This document shows positions 47,101-59,400 of a stretch of 64,000 bases of DNA, piece after piece; within the stretch, counting starts at the first letter, position 1; the number at the start of each line of letters is the position of its first letter. Origin of the DNA: Macrostomum lignano (taxonomy: Eukaryota); contig NIVC01001877.1 of NCBI GenBank assembly GCA_002269645.1, forward strand, positions 1-64,000, in the 5' to 3' direction. Under the pieces are notes generated by a model, which did no database searches, was not told where the DNA came from, and saw only the letters and a list, made by a program, of their open reading frames with translations. A program made the position numbers and the translations under genes.

Positions 47101-48797
47101 ATTGATGGACATAAAATAGAGCATCAGATCAAGGAACTGCTGAATGAAAGCTACAAAAATCCTTGCACAAGTCGTGTTATCGCAAATTTGTCTAATTTCA
47201 TGTTATCGTGAACGAGCTGTGATTATGTACTGATAATTTATGATGATGAATTATGGTGATTATGTACCGAGCATCGGCTTTGTACACCATTCTAGCCACA
47301 ACTTGTGCCATAGACTAAAAAGCTTGGTGACTGGAGGGGGTGGGTGGATTCTAGAAATCGGCTTCAGATTTTCATCCTTACTGGCACTCTATACTAGGCG
47401 ACCTCAATACTCTTTGATTTTAACCGATTCATTATTTCACAGTTCAAGCTTACACTGCAAACATTTAAAAGCATTGAGCCTATCTACACAGCTTCCCCTT
47501 GGCTAGAAATGCTGCATTTATCGATGTGCATGTTGGCAGGAAAATTTGCTTTAGGCAAACAATTAAGACTAATATCGATAGAGTGTTGGGTCCATATAAT
47601 CGATTCAACAGGTCCGGCTGCAATCGCGATTTGCTTGTTTAAGCCCAGTTACTTAGCGGTTGAAGTGCTCTCGCTTGGACTGTCCAGCTCTCGGTACGAA
47701 AGTATAGACGCTCCTTAGTTGACAAAGGCAAATGCACTCGGTAAAGAAGAAAGAAGTCTCACTACAGCCGCCGTAAGAACCAATAGACGATGTAGGACTT
47801 TTCAGTTGAGGTGCTAAAACACTAACTAACATTTTACAAATCCCTGGAGACAGTCACGCCGCAAAGCATTTCTATGTACTCTTGTGAAAACCCTACAGTG
47901 CCTACACCTATAGCTCTCGTACTCGCATACAGATAGTCTTAAATATTTGAAGTTTAGGCATTAATTTAGAAATTTAGAAAACCGCAGAACTTTATACCTC
48001 CTGTGACGTTGTCAATTTTAGTAGCCCGTCAAGGGCCGTTTTAACATACGGTACCAATCTGTAATATTGTCAATTTAATGGTCCCGTACTATTACGTCTA
48101 GTAGGGGAAGGAACGGGGGGAGGGATTCTTAAAGTGAAGATCGAGCGAAACAAAAATAACTGGGCTCAGATTAGCACTCCATTTCTATATTCTTTCCTCA
48201 ATGACAGACACGACACAGAGTTTTAATTTTTATAGCTAGAAGTCTGGGAGGAGATACGCAACAAACAATGCAAACAGACAAACATCTCGCTAGATTTGTA
48301 GTATATTGAGAGTCGAGAAATGTACATGTATATACATGTAACTATACTTCAAAGGTCCTTGAGCTTCGTAAACTGTCCGAAATCTTATTTACCGATTGAT
48401 ATACTATAGTTTTATAAAATTTTAATATGTAAAAATATTATATAATATATATATACCGGTACATCTTATATGCGAACTGAATACCCCCTGTTTGCTATGC
48501 ATACAGATTTGGTATACAGATCCGGTGTACAATATCCGGTAAATACGTAAATATGTATAACAAAGTTTAAATACAATGCTATTTATTATCTTTTAAATCT
48601 ATTATAAAAAGTACAAGAAAAAAAGTAAGTTAAATAACAAACCGCTAAATTTACAAACTAGCCACAAATACGTTAATGACCACGCCTTTTAGGCACGCCG
48701 ATTGACTGAAGTTTAACTTGTTTTCTCTGGGTTGTTTTTTACTATTGAAGCAAGCAAGCAAGCATATTTTACGAATTTTTCTGCGTATAGAATCAAA

Positions 48798-51700
48798 ATG
48801 CCTCTTTTCGGTAAGAAAAAGAAAGATGGCAATAAAGAAAGCCCTACGCACGCTCAGCCTTCCCGCGATGCAACACAAACTTCAAATGCAACCCACAAAC
48901 AAGCTGGTGCAGTACCAGGAAGTGCAGATGAAAGCCCAGAGTCGCAAAGGCCACAATATAATTTTCATTGTCAACTGGCTCATGGAAGCCCCACAGGAAT
49001 AATTAGTGGCTTTACAAACGTCAAAGAACTTTATGCAAAGATTGCAGAGTGTTATAACATCGAACCTTCTGAGGTAATTCTGATATCAATTTTCTTATGT
49101 TGTTATGATATCTTTAAATTGCTTCCTTGAATTATGGATGAAAATAATTTTTTTACCTAATATTTCTATTTAAAACAGTAGTTTTGTGGTTTAGGATAAA
49201 AACAAAAGCTTTCACTTGCTTTCTTTGCTCTTCTCTAATTTTATTTTGTGCTTTTTTACCCTAGACAGGGAATTAAATATTATTAATATTATTATTAATA
49301 AGTATTTAATTCATTAATTTATAAATATGTTTATTAATAAAAGTATAATTAGTAACAAAAAAAAGTTTATAATGTTTTTTTCTAAAAACCTTTAAGAAAA
49401 TAGGCCTAGGTTTTTGAAACTTAGTTTAAATTTTCTTCTTATAATTTTTTATGCTTTTAGTTTTGATAATATCAACTTTAAATAAAAAGTGATTATATAA
49501 AAGCCACACTTTAAAGGTTACTCACTGTTACTGGTACACAGGAAATTTCTGGCATATGTTGTAGGGCTCTTTCTTCTCTGGTTAATAATCCCACTGCTTA
49601 GCTACCAAGTTGTCGTGGGGGAGGGGAGTTTATCCTTTTGCTGACACCAAATTGTTACAGGGTTTACCGGGGATTTTAGGGAGTTTCTCAGGATTTGGGG
49701 CGAACTGCACAATTTATACTACTAACAGGAGTAAGCCATAGGTTGTTCCTGGTGGCGTGGTGTGTCCGAGCGGCAAGACACAATTTCCTATTCTTAGTCC
49801 GGGGAATATAGATGGGAGAGGAAATTAACGGCTTCGCGATGGATCAGAGTTACCTGGGAAAATTGCACTAATGGGGAATTTCTAAACACTAATAGGGAAT
49901 GCTGACATGAGTAGACTGACCGTATAATACAGCATTAGATAAGAAGGCAATCTGCCTAATGAATGTGGGAAATTTCTACAAGGAAGGGTTGGGGGCGGGG
50001 ATGCCGGGGGAGACTGTACGTCTGAGGGAATAAGGCTGTACACCTGAGCAGACAGACTGTCCACTAGAAAGGGGGAGGGGCAGGAGCGGCGGGTGCAAGT
50101 TCCGCTGGGAGAAAGGGAAGAGGCAAAACTTGGGGGTAGGACCGAACGTCCCGGGGAAGGGGAGAGAAGTTTTAAACACTTCTAACTGTACAAGCTTCGC
50201 AGGAGAAGAAAGGCGGAACGCCTTTAAATGACTAAGACGGAGCTATTTTTAGAACAATGTTCAGTTACAACTGCTAAATAACTAGACTAGCGGAGGTCTC
50301 AGCAAACGAAGCAGGAAGTTATTTTCTTTCTTGATATATTTTCTTGCTTATATAGGATTTGCTAACAAAATGGCGGACGCATTTAAACTAATAAAGCACT
50401 AGATTATACGGTAGGCCACTAATCGAAACTAATAATTACTACTAATGATATAAAATATTTATTTATGTAGGCACTGATAATTTCTTGTAGTTTTAGAAAA
50501 ATAGTCGTATTTATATGTGAAATCAATGGACAAAATAGACAAAATTAGGCAAATAGGCAAAATAATAGGCAACTGTTACACATACTAGTGAATAGTTTAA
50601 CTGTTTTTGCATAAACCACTTTGGCATACCACTTTCAACTCAAGTAAATTTTTGGCACACAAACTTATACTCATCAAAACTTCAAAACTTTTATAAATAC
50701 AAAATTACATGTTGCAATAATTTTATTCTTTTAAATTACATGCACTATGAAATTTGAAAAAAAACTTTATTTTTATGTACAATTGTTACAAATTTTGGCT
50801 TTTTCCAAATTTTATAGGAAAGTTTTTAGCAAAGTCAATAGCATTTTATTTCAAATTTCATAGCCACAAATATGGTTTTTTATTGTCACAATTGCAAAAA
50901 GGTCCTTTATTGTTTTATTAATTTTTTACCATATTATTACAAAAGAGTCTTTTTTCTAGTATACCATGCTGTACCATCTAAACTATAGTATAAAAGCTTT
51001 TATATTTATTAAAATAGTTAGTGATTCATTGCATTTATTCAATTTATAGATTATGAATTCATAACCTTTGAAATTAAGCTTCTGTAATAATCATATATTT
51101 TTGTTATAGTTTTAAACATTTTGCTTCACTGAATAACCATTTTCTTTTTGTGTATATATTGAGTTCATTCTGCATGACATTAGCTATCCTTGCCTATCAA
51201 AATCTTTGCTATCTCTTTATATTATAGAAATTATTCCTTAATCATGCTGCCTAATCATTATTAGTATAAATCTATCAGTAGAACTTACCTCTTCATTTTA
51301 ATGTGTATAGAAAATACAAATCTTATCATTACTAGTAGTAACATGATGATAAAGTGAATATTATTATTAGGAACTAAATATTTTGTTCCATATATTTGTA
51401 ATTGTCCCTGTAGTATAATATTTTTGTGTAAAATATTGTCAGCATTTTCAATAAGTTTACCATAAAATACAGGCAAATATACCAAGAGGAAAGTCAACCC
51501 TCGTGCAGGCTATAACTTGTGCTGCCTTGTCATTAGGCATCAGTGCCGCCTATATTCTTAAAATAGCAGTTGAGTTAGCCTTATTCATTTTGAGACATGC
51601 AGTCTCCTCCCTCTCCCTTCCTATTGAAAGCATATTGCCTTCTTACCCTACTAGGCTTATTATTCCTATATTAGGCATCTTGCCTCCTTACCCTACTAGG

Positions 51701-53650
51701 CTTACTGCCTAGATATCCTGCCTACTTGTCCTCATTAGGCATATTGCCTACTTACTCCATTAGGTTTCTTGCTTAATTTCCCTTATTGGTCATACTGCCT
51801 TCTTATTTTCCCTTTTCCTATTAGGCACCCTATCTCCCTATGCCAAGCATTCCCTATTAGCTATTGAAATTCCCCATTAGTGCACCCCATTTCCCAAGCA
51901 ACTCTAATCCATTGTGTAGCCCTTCTTCTCCCTCTCTCCCTTCTCTTTCCCTGGACTGATTAGACAGTGTCTTGCCACTCGGACACTATGCCGCCAGGAG
52001 TTTCCTCTGGCTTACTCCTTCTAGTAGTAGAATTTGAACATTTCTCCCCAAATCCCAAGAAATTCCCAGAACCCCCTGCAACAAATTAGTGACAGCTATG
52101 AAACTAATAAGTTAAAGAATCTTCCCCTAGAACTTACCCCATCACAGTTCTATTTCTTTTTGTTTTATCTTTTTTGATTGGTACCTCAAAGGTTTGTTTT
52201 TAGATATTTTAAGCATAAACTCATTTGTTATAACCTTGAATCTGTCACTCTGTATTAGGCCTACTAGAATATATCAGGGCTGTCCCAAAAGTAGTGTTAC
52301 TTTTTATTTTATATCTCATTCTAATGATCCAAATGATATAATTTATACAATTTAAGAGGCAACTCTCTTCTTTATATTAGAAATGATAAAAGTATTTTAA
52401 ATATAAATATATTATTATAGTACTATAAATATATGTATAATATATAATATGGAGAAGAGTTGCCACTATAAAATTGTGAGAAATGATGTGACTTTGATCA
52501 TCAGAATTAGAGATATAGCTAAAAGTAGCACTATTTTTGGATAGCACTCATAAGTATAAAAAATGTTTTATTATAAAAAGTTTTATAATATATATAGCTG
52601 TATCTTAGTTCATTTTAATTTAATTTTTTAAATGCTGTTTTGTTTTTGGGCACATAAAAGGGTGGCAGACAAAACAACTATATATCTATAGGTTACCAAG
52701 ATTAGAGGCTCATGGCATGCAAAAAACAGTCTTGATATATTTTATATATATATCAAGTATACTTATATATCTGAAAATCACATTTCCCAACATTTCACTT
52801 TTTGCTTGCAACAATGCTTAAACATTTTCATCTAGCAGAGCTGATGAATGAAAATCAATTTATAAATTTATAGAAATTTATAGCAAAAGTTATCTCTAGA
52901 TATATTTTGAGCATTAAAAACAAATATATATTATTATTATAAACAAATATATATATATATAAAGCATATACAGTATTTATAAAATGCTAGTGCTGCTCAC
53001 CTGTATGGAGTGGAACAGAAACACGGAATAAAAGAAATTTCTCTTTTTAAACCCAATGCCAGATAATTTTCTGCACGCTGAACACGCACAAGATCGATAT
53101 GGACCGTCTGCTTGGCGGTCAGATTGGCCTAGACGATTTTCTCTTTGCTCACGTGAAAGGCCAGAAAAAAGAGGTGGAGGTCATAAAGTCTGACGACGCT
53201 CTCGGACTGACCATCACTGACAATGGCGCCGGCTTCGCTTTTATCAAACGAATTAAACCGGACTCTGTTGCTGACCAAGTTGAGCACATTCTGCCAGGCG
53301 ATCACATTGAAAAGATCGACGGCGAGAGCTTTGTTGGTGAGCTGACTGACTGACTGACTGACTGACTGACTGACTCACTGACTCACTGACTGACTCACTG
53401 ACTGACTGACTGACTGACTGACTGACTGACTGACTGACTGACTGACTGACTCACTGACTCACTGACTCACTGACTCACTGACTCACTGACTGACTGACTG
53501 ACTAACTGACTGACTCATTGACTGACTGACTGACTGACTGACTGACTGACTGACTGACTGACTGACTGACTGACTGACTGACTGACTGACTGACTGACTG
53601 ACTGACTGACTGACTGACTCACTGACTCACTCACTCTGACTCACTGACTC

Positions 53651-53683
<33 letters not shown>

Positions 53684-55083
53684 GAGTGAGTTTGTGACTT
53701 GAGTGAGTGAGTGATGGAATGGGTGATCACAAATAGTGGATTATTTGTGCAATTGATCTGAGTGACTGATAGACTGAGTAACTTGAATGAGTGACTTGGG
53801 TGACTAAGTTGAGTGACCTGAGTGACTGGGTTGACTGAGTTGAGTGACCTGAGTGACTGGGTTGACTGAGTTGAGTGACCTGAGTGACTGGGTTGACTGA
53901 GTTGAGTGACCTGAGTAACTGGGTGACTGAGTTGAGTGACCTGAGTGACTGACTCAATAGCGTCCAGTTCGCCGCAAAATCCGCAGGCAAGCGCCATTTC
54001 GACGTTGCCAAACGACTTAAAGAAATTCCTCGCGGCGCGACTTTTGTTCTGCGCCTCATCAGCCCGGAGAAGTCGCCCTACGCCAATTTGCAGCCCAGAG
54101 GCGGCTCCAGAGGTCACGCGGCCGGCGCTGGCGGCGGCCTTGGCAGCGGCAAGAAGACAATCCGGTTGAAGGCAAAGGTGAGCGAGTAGCTTTGCTTGTT
54201 TTTTTATTCTATCTATAATTACTCGTATCTTGAAGTTTTCTGTTGCTAGACAAACGTTTTCTCCCGATGCTTTTAAAAAGTGCTAAGATGTCCTTCTGTT
54301 GTTAAGGAAGTTTTGTTTCCGTTGTTAGACTATTCGACTTCCGTTGCTATTGTACTTCTTTCCGTTGCTAGGATGTTTAATTTTGTTCCTAGGGTATTTA
54401 TTTTCATTGCTAGGGTATTTCTTTCCGTTGCTAGGGTTTTTATTTCCCTTGTCAGGGGATGTATTTTCTTTGCTAAAACATGTTACTTCTTTCCGTTGCT
54501 ATGGTATCTCTTTTACGTTGCTATGGTATCTCTCCGTTGCTAGGGTATTTGCTTTTGTTGCTAGGGTATTTATTTTCGTTGCTAGGGTATTCATTTCCGT
54601 TGCCAGGGTATATATTTTCGTTGCTAAGGCTGTCTTTCCGTTGCTATGGTAGTACTTTCCGTTGCTAGGGTATTTAATTTGGTTGCTAGGGTGTTTATTT
54701 TCGTTGCTTAGGCGATGCAAGTCTTTTTCCGTGGATTTCCTCTCCAAACTCGTATCTAACCGTGTTTCCAGGGCGCCGCGGTCGAGGAGGACGCGCCGGA
54801 CCAGGCGGCTGACGTGGCCATCCAGGCCGTCAACCGCCTGATCGAAGGCCTGCTAGGCATCTCGGACGCCGAACTGGCGCAGAACATCTGGGAGCTCGGC
54901 CGGGAGATCGACAATCCGCACGACTTCGCCTTGGCCGTCGATCGGGATCTGGGCGAATTCGCCTTCCCAGACGGCTTAGTGTTCGACTTCTGGGGCGCAA
55001 TCAGCGACGCCAAGGCTGGCCGGTTGAAGTCTGCGACGCCTGACGACGGCGGCGGCACAGTGGAGTTCACGGAGGAGTTCTGA
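48798..55083 (+). CDS. GIPC: GIPC PDZ-domain adaptor, 350 aa; exons 48798-49073, 53063-53336, 53987-54177, 54772-55083
   Basis: [57 protein letters not shown] and GH2 [19 protein letters not shown] motifs. Intron phases 0, 1, 0 give a 1053-nt open frame. Confidence 0.96.
49630..52090. repeat. Diverged inverted repeat pair (arms about 49630-49980 and 51740-52090) in GIPC intron 1
   Basis: Blocks ggagtaagcca, gtgtccgag.ggcaagacac and gcactaatggggaatttc..ctaatagggaatgct occur as reverse complements in colinear order. Confidence 0.75.
52275..52549. mobile_element. MITE with about 100-bp imperfect terminal inverted repeats (Tc1/mariner-like CAGGG end)
   Basis: cagggctgtcccaaaagtagtgttacttttt..ggcaactct versus agagttgcc..aaaagtagcactatttttggatagcact. 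Confidence 0.7.
53343..53955. repeat. (GACT)n microsatellite grading into a gagtgacctgagtgactgggttgactgagtt repeat, GIPC intron 2
   Basis: Directly visible. Confidence 0.95.
54330..54710. repeat. Degenerate about 21-bp repeat (ttccgttgctagggtattt) in GIPC intron 3
   Basis: About 17 degenerate copies. Confidence 0.88.
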
Positions 55084-56229
55084 AGCTGACAGTCATCTTA
55101 CTATTGGTTTGCATGTGTTATTTCTGGTAGTTTCTATGGCTACGGAGCTGTTATGAATATGCATGGGTTTCCATGGATACGGCGTTGCTATTACTACTTA
55201 TAGCTACGGGGTTACTATGGTTACTTGGTCGTTTTTAATATGAGGTTGCTAATGGCTACGGAGTATCCGTATCTACAGACTTTTAATATAAACAGGTATA
55301 TGTGTGTACAAAAAGGTTGCTATGGAAACCGTTATTTTGCCGTAGCCACAGATACTAGAATAGCTGGATGGGCCACTCAGCACATTTGCGTGTAAACTAC
55401 TTTCAGTTCAGTAGCAAATTAAACAGAAGCATTTTAATGTACTTTTTAAGTAAAGGTTCATTTATTGGCTCTTAACACCCCCCCCCCCCAGCTTAAACCC
55501 TCCAACCGCGCCTTTCCCACTACCCCCCGCCCCGCCCCAATTTTTTATTGCCTTTCTCGGAATTCCAGCCTAAAGCTGCCATGTACATTTCAGTGGACTG
55601 GCCAATGTACATTATTGCTGAACCAATTAGCAAGTTGTTCACCCGCCTGCAAGCTTGGGCTTTTTAAACTTATCAAAGTCGTTTCAGCTGGCTTTATTTT
55701 TATAAAATAGCTTATGTATTCTTCTTTGCTACTGAATTGAAAGTAGAAAGCTGTTTTAATAAGTATATATGCCTGAGTGGCCCAACTAGTTATTTTAGTG
55801 TCTGTGACCGTAGCAAAACTAGAAAGAATTTTTCATAGTTAATCAGGCAGATATGCTCCGGAATCTCGAGTGCGGACGATGGTGGAGATTTAATTTTACT
55901 CTCTTACGCCTGGCGTTCTTTCTGCTTTATGGAACTTTGTATTCTAGATTAATGGCTCATTATGCAAACTAGCTAGTTAATAATAGTTAACAGATTTTTA
56001 TCATCTGAGACTGGGTGCACGAACCCAGGACCACGCGACATTCCGCCAACTTGGCATTCCACACTGCTTAGTATGTTCTTTTATTTGTTCGTGTAAAGAT
56101 CCACAAGTATAGTTTACTTTGTTTTAAATGATGCCAACATTTAGAAATCTGTGGCACCAATTCAAACTCAATTTAAAAAAAACTTCATAATTCTTATTCT
56201 GGCGCTAGTTTAAAATTTGTTGCTGTCAA

Positions 56230-56430
56230 CTTTAAAACCAGTGGCGCCAATTGCAAAATTAATGGCGCCAATTTCAAAACAAATGGCGCCAGTTTCAAAA
56301 TCAATGGCGCCAGTTTCAAAATCAATGGCGCCAATTTCAAAATCAATGGCGCCAATTTCAAAATCAATGGCGCCAGTTTTATAATTAATCGCGCCAATTT
56401 TAAAACTGATAGCGCTAGTTTCAAAATCAA
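56230..56430. repeat. 21-bp repeat (tggcgccaatttcaaaatcaa)
   Basis: About nine degenerate copies. Confidence 0.88.
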
Positions 56431-57267
56431 TTACGCTAATTTTTATTAATCAGTCAACCTGGAAGTTGGTGACTGTGTAATCATCACCTGCTGGATCTAT
56501 GCATGTTAATATAGATGTGCTGCTAACTTTAACTAAATCCTTTCATTTGTTAGAGAATTTAGCTTTAAGTCCGAGAAATATTTATATTTATGAATTCTTG
56601 CAAGTCTTTGTGTGATGTACGTATAAGGTATATCATTTTATTCGCCCGTAATTGTGATATTCTCTGTTTGTGTGACTTTCTTTAAATCGGCCGTATTGAT
56701 TTCATTTTTTTAAAGTCTTTTAATTATGACTTTGTAATTTCTGCCCAGATTTTATAAAGTAGCTTACTGGATGCTTACAAACATCTACTTTATTACAAGT
56801 ATAAATGGGTATTGATTAAAACAAAATAAAATAAATTTGATATTTATTGGTGCACAATTTTACATTCCTAGTACTGTAAGTAGTGTACATGTGGATACAC
56901 TATATGCTACATTTATTTATACATGCTGATGCCATTAAAAGGCCACGCGCATATTTTAGTCCAGACATTCCTGTATGTTTTATAAACTCAATTGTTTGAT
57001 CATGAAATGCTAATATTAAAAATACTGTTTTATCGTTACATTCTTTACGCACAGTGGATTAGACATTATTACTATAATTATTATGCAGCGGTTATGTCTA
57101 TCAACGCACAATCCACCTATCCACATGTTATTGTTCATTTTTGTTTTGCCTCATAATATTGTGTGTCTTCATTTTCGTAAAGTATTGTAATTTTCATGTT
57201 TATGTATTTTGTAACTGGCCATGTCTTATGTCTTATATATATGTGCATGTAACAAATAAGCATTCAC

Positions 57268-57655
57268 AAAGGGCGTCGCCACGGGGGGCATGTCCCCCCC
57301 CCATAGTAAAAACTATGGGGGGACATGCCAATGCTTTGTCCACCCCACCCCACCTTGTGACCTGTTATGAAAGTCAATAATTTTGCTTCAGAGCGACAAA
57401 ATGAGTGCCTGCGGTACCAAAATGAGTGCCTGCGGTACCAAAATGAGTGCTTGCGGTGCCAAAATGAGTGCCTGCGGTACCAAAATGAGTGCCTGCGGTG
57501 CCAAAATGAGTGCTTGCGGTACCAAAATGAGTGCTTGCGGTGCCAAAATGAGTGCTTGCGGCGCCAAAATTATGTACATGCATGAATTTAATCATGTAAA
57601 TGTAGAATTCTTGGCTTTGCCCCCCCCCACTATAAAATCCATGGCAACGCCCCTG
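57268..57655 (+). mobile_element. hAT-like MITE with an internal 21-bp tandem array
   Basis: Ends aaagggcgtcgcc / ggcaacgcccctg are imperfect inverted repeats; the flanking 8-mers gcattcac / gcatgtac match at 6 of 8; internal unit aaaatgagtgcctgcggtacc. Confidence 0.7.
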
Positions 57656-58149
57656 GCATGTACTCAACAATACTTCTATATTTGTTGTTTGGTTTTTTAT
57701 GTTAGTTGCTTATATCGTGTGGGCACAGTTTTTGTGCATCAATTTTTCTTGCTGCTCTTTCTACACAATAATATACTGAGATTATACAGTTAAACGGAAG
57801 CACTTTCCATATTAGTGGAATAAACTGCAAATCTATTAAGGAATTTATAAAAAAGATCACTATAGAAAATGGGTTTATTTTTCTACAATTCATGATTGCA
57901 ATGATTGCATGGATGAAATGACAGAAGCTGAGAGAACAATTGAAGAGCTGGGAGACACATGTCTGCGCGTACCCCACAACTTGACGGTCCTTCTGGCCAT
58001 GCGCACCATATGCATGCGTATTGTAACATTTACAAATTTAACGAATTCAATTGCGTGCCAGGGTGCATGGGCCTAATTAAAAGATGGACCCTCGCAGCTT
58101 GGACGGCCTGACACCACCAACCAGGAGAAAGTTGTTGCTGTTGACAAGC

Positions 58150-59400
58150 TCCTTGTTGGATTGAAAAATCTGTGTCAAAGTTCTAATTTCAGCGTCAAGC
58201 GTTATTCATGTACTACAAACTGAGTACGCGCGATGCAGCATGCACTTAATCAGACCAATCTTCCACTGTGTAGGACAAAGGGCATTGAAATTAAGGATTA
58301 GGCCAGTAAATGTTGGTTTTCGGTAAACATTTGTGCTGACGCAGCCATTGTTCAAGTCGACTTCAGTGTCAAGAAACGGTATTCTTTTTCCTCCGCAGTT
58401 TCGACAGTGAATTTGATTCTTTTGTGTGTTGAATTTAGTGCTTGAAGAAATTCCAGATATTTGGCTTGGTTATCAAACACAGCAAACGTATCACCGACGT
58501 AGTACCGCTTGTAGAAAGCAGGGGCGCAGTCAAGCGCCATCCATTTCTTTTCCCAGTGAGCCATACAAATATTTGCGAGTGTTGGAGCAAGAGGCTAGGA
58601 CTCCCCATCGCACATCCATCAATTTGGCGGTAGTATAGTTGCCTTCAAATATGAAAATTCCTGAGGTTGCATAGCCCAAGAGTTTTTTAAAGACTTCTCT
58701 AGGCATTGAGGTGGATTGGATTGATACACCTGCTCAGTGGCCAGATCGATGGCTAGCTTTAAAGGGATATTGGTGAAGAGTAGTGAAGTGACATCAAAGC
58801 TGCACACAAAGTCGGCGTGACTCGGCTTGAACTGATTGAGCGCCTGCAGAAATTCCGAGTTGGACCGAACTAAAAATTCACCAGATATGCAAGGCTTGAT
58901 CAGAGAATCAATTAATTTAGCAAGTTCATATTCAGCAGTGTTCATCATTGAGATAATTGGCCTCAGGGGCTTATCTTCCTTATGCACTTTACACAGCCCC
59001 AAACAATATAGTTGATCTGGCTGACTCCCACTTTTGGCATATACGTTTGAATACTTCTTCACTTAGATGATTCTTGGCATGGGTTCTCAGATAAGTCTGT
59101 AACAATCTTTCGGCCTTAAGCACGGGGTGGGCCATGGTATAACTCCATTCACGTCATTTAAGCGTTGGAATCTAGTCTCATGGTCATTAATGATCCCAAA
59201 AAGTTTGTTGACATAGTCATCCGTGTCCATAACCAGCAACACCATATCCTTTATCATAGCCAACAATCTTGATCCTCTTATTATCCCGAAGCTGTTTCAT
59301 TGTCCGATGAAACAGCTTCGGGATGAAACAGCAGCAAGAGCATGTTTCATTGCTCTTGCTGCTTCATACTTGACTTTACAACGAGAACCCAGCGACGAAT
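58150..59400 (-). mobile_element. Degenerate Penelope-like element, reverse transcriptase region
   Basis: Minus strand reads DKG..VMD..DY, KVHKEDKPLRPIIS, SFDVTSLLFTNIP, GCAMGSP, RYYVGDTF (corrupted YVDD), IKFTVE, PFLD, VYRKPTFTG and HRAYSVCS, with several frameshifts and stops. Confidence 0.9.

Noticed and set aside
39320-48800. GIPC as a PDZ partner of the adjacent channels
   Set aside because: Cys-loop receptor C-termini are extracellular, and these (PHKC, QNQD, LQFS) are not class I PDZ motifs; adjacency is likely coincidental.
52836-52860. CTGATGA..GAAA hammerhead core-like string
   Set aside because: Only 1-2 nt separate the motifs, so stem II cannot form.
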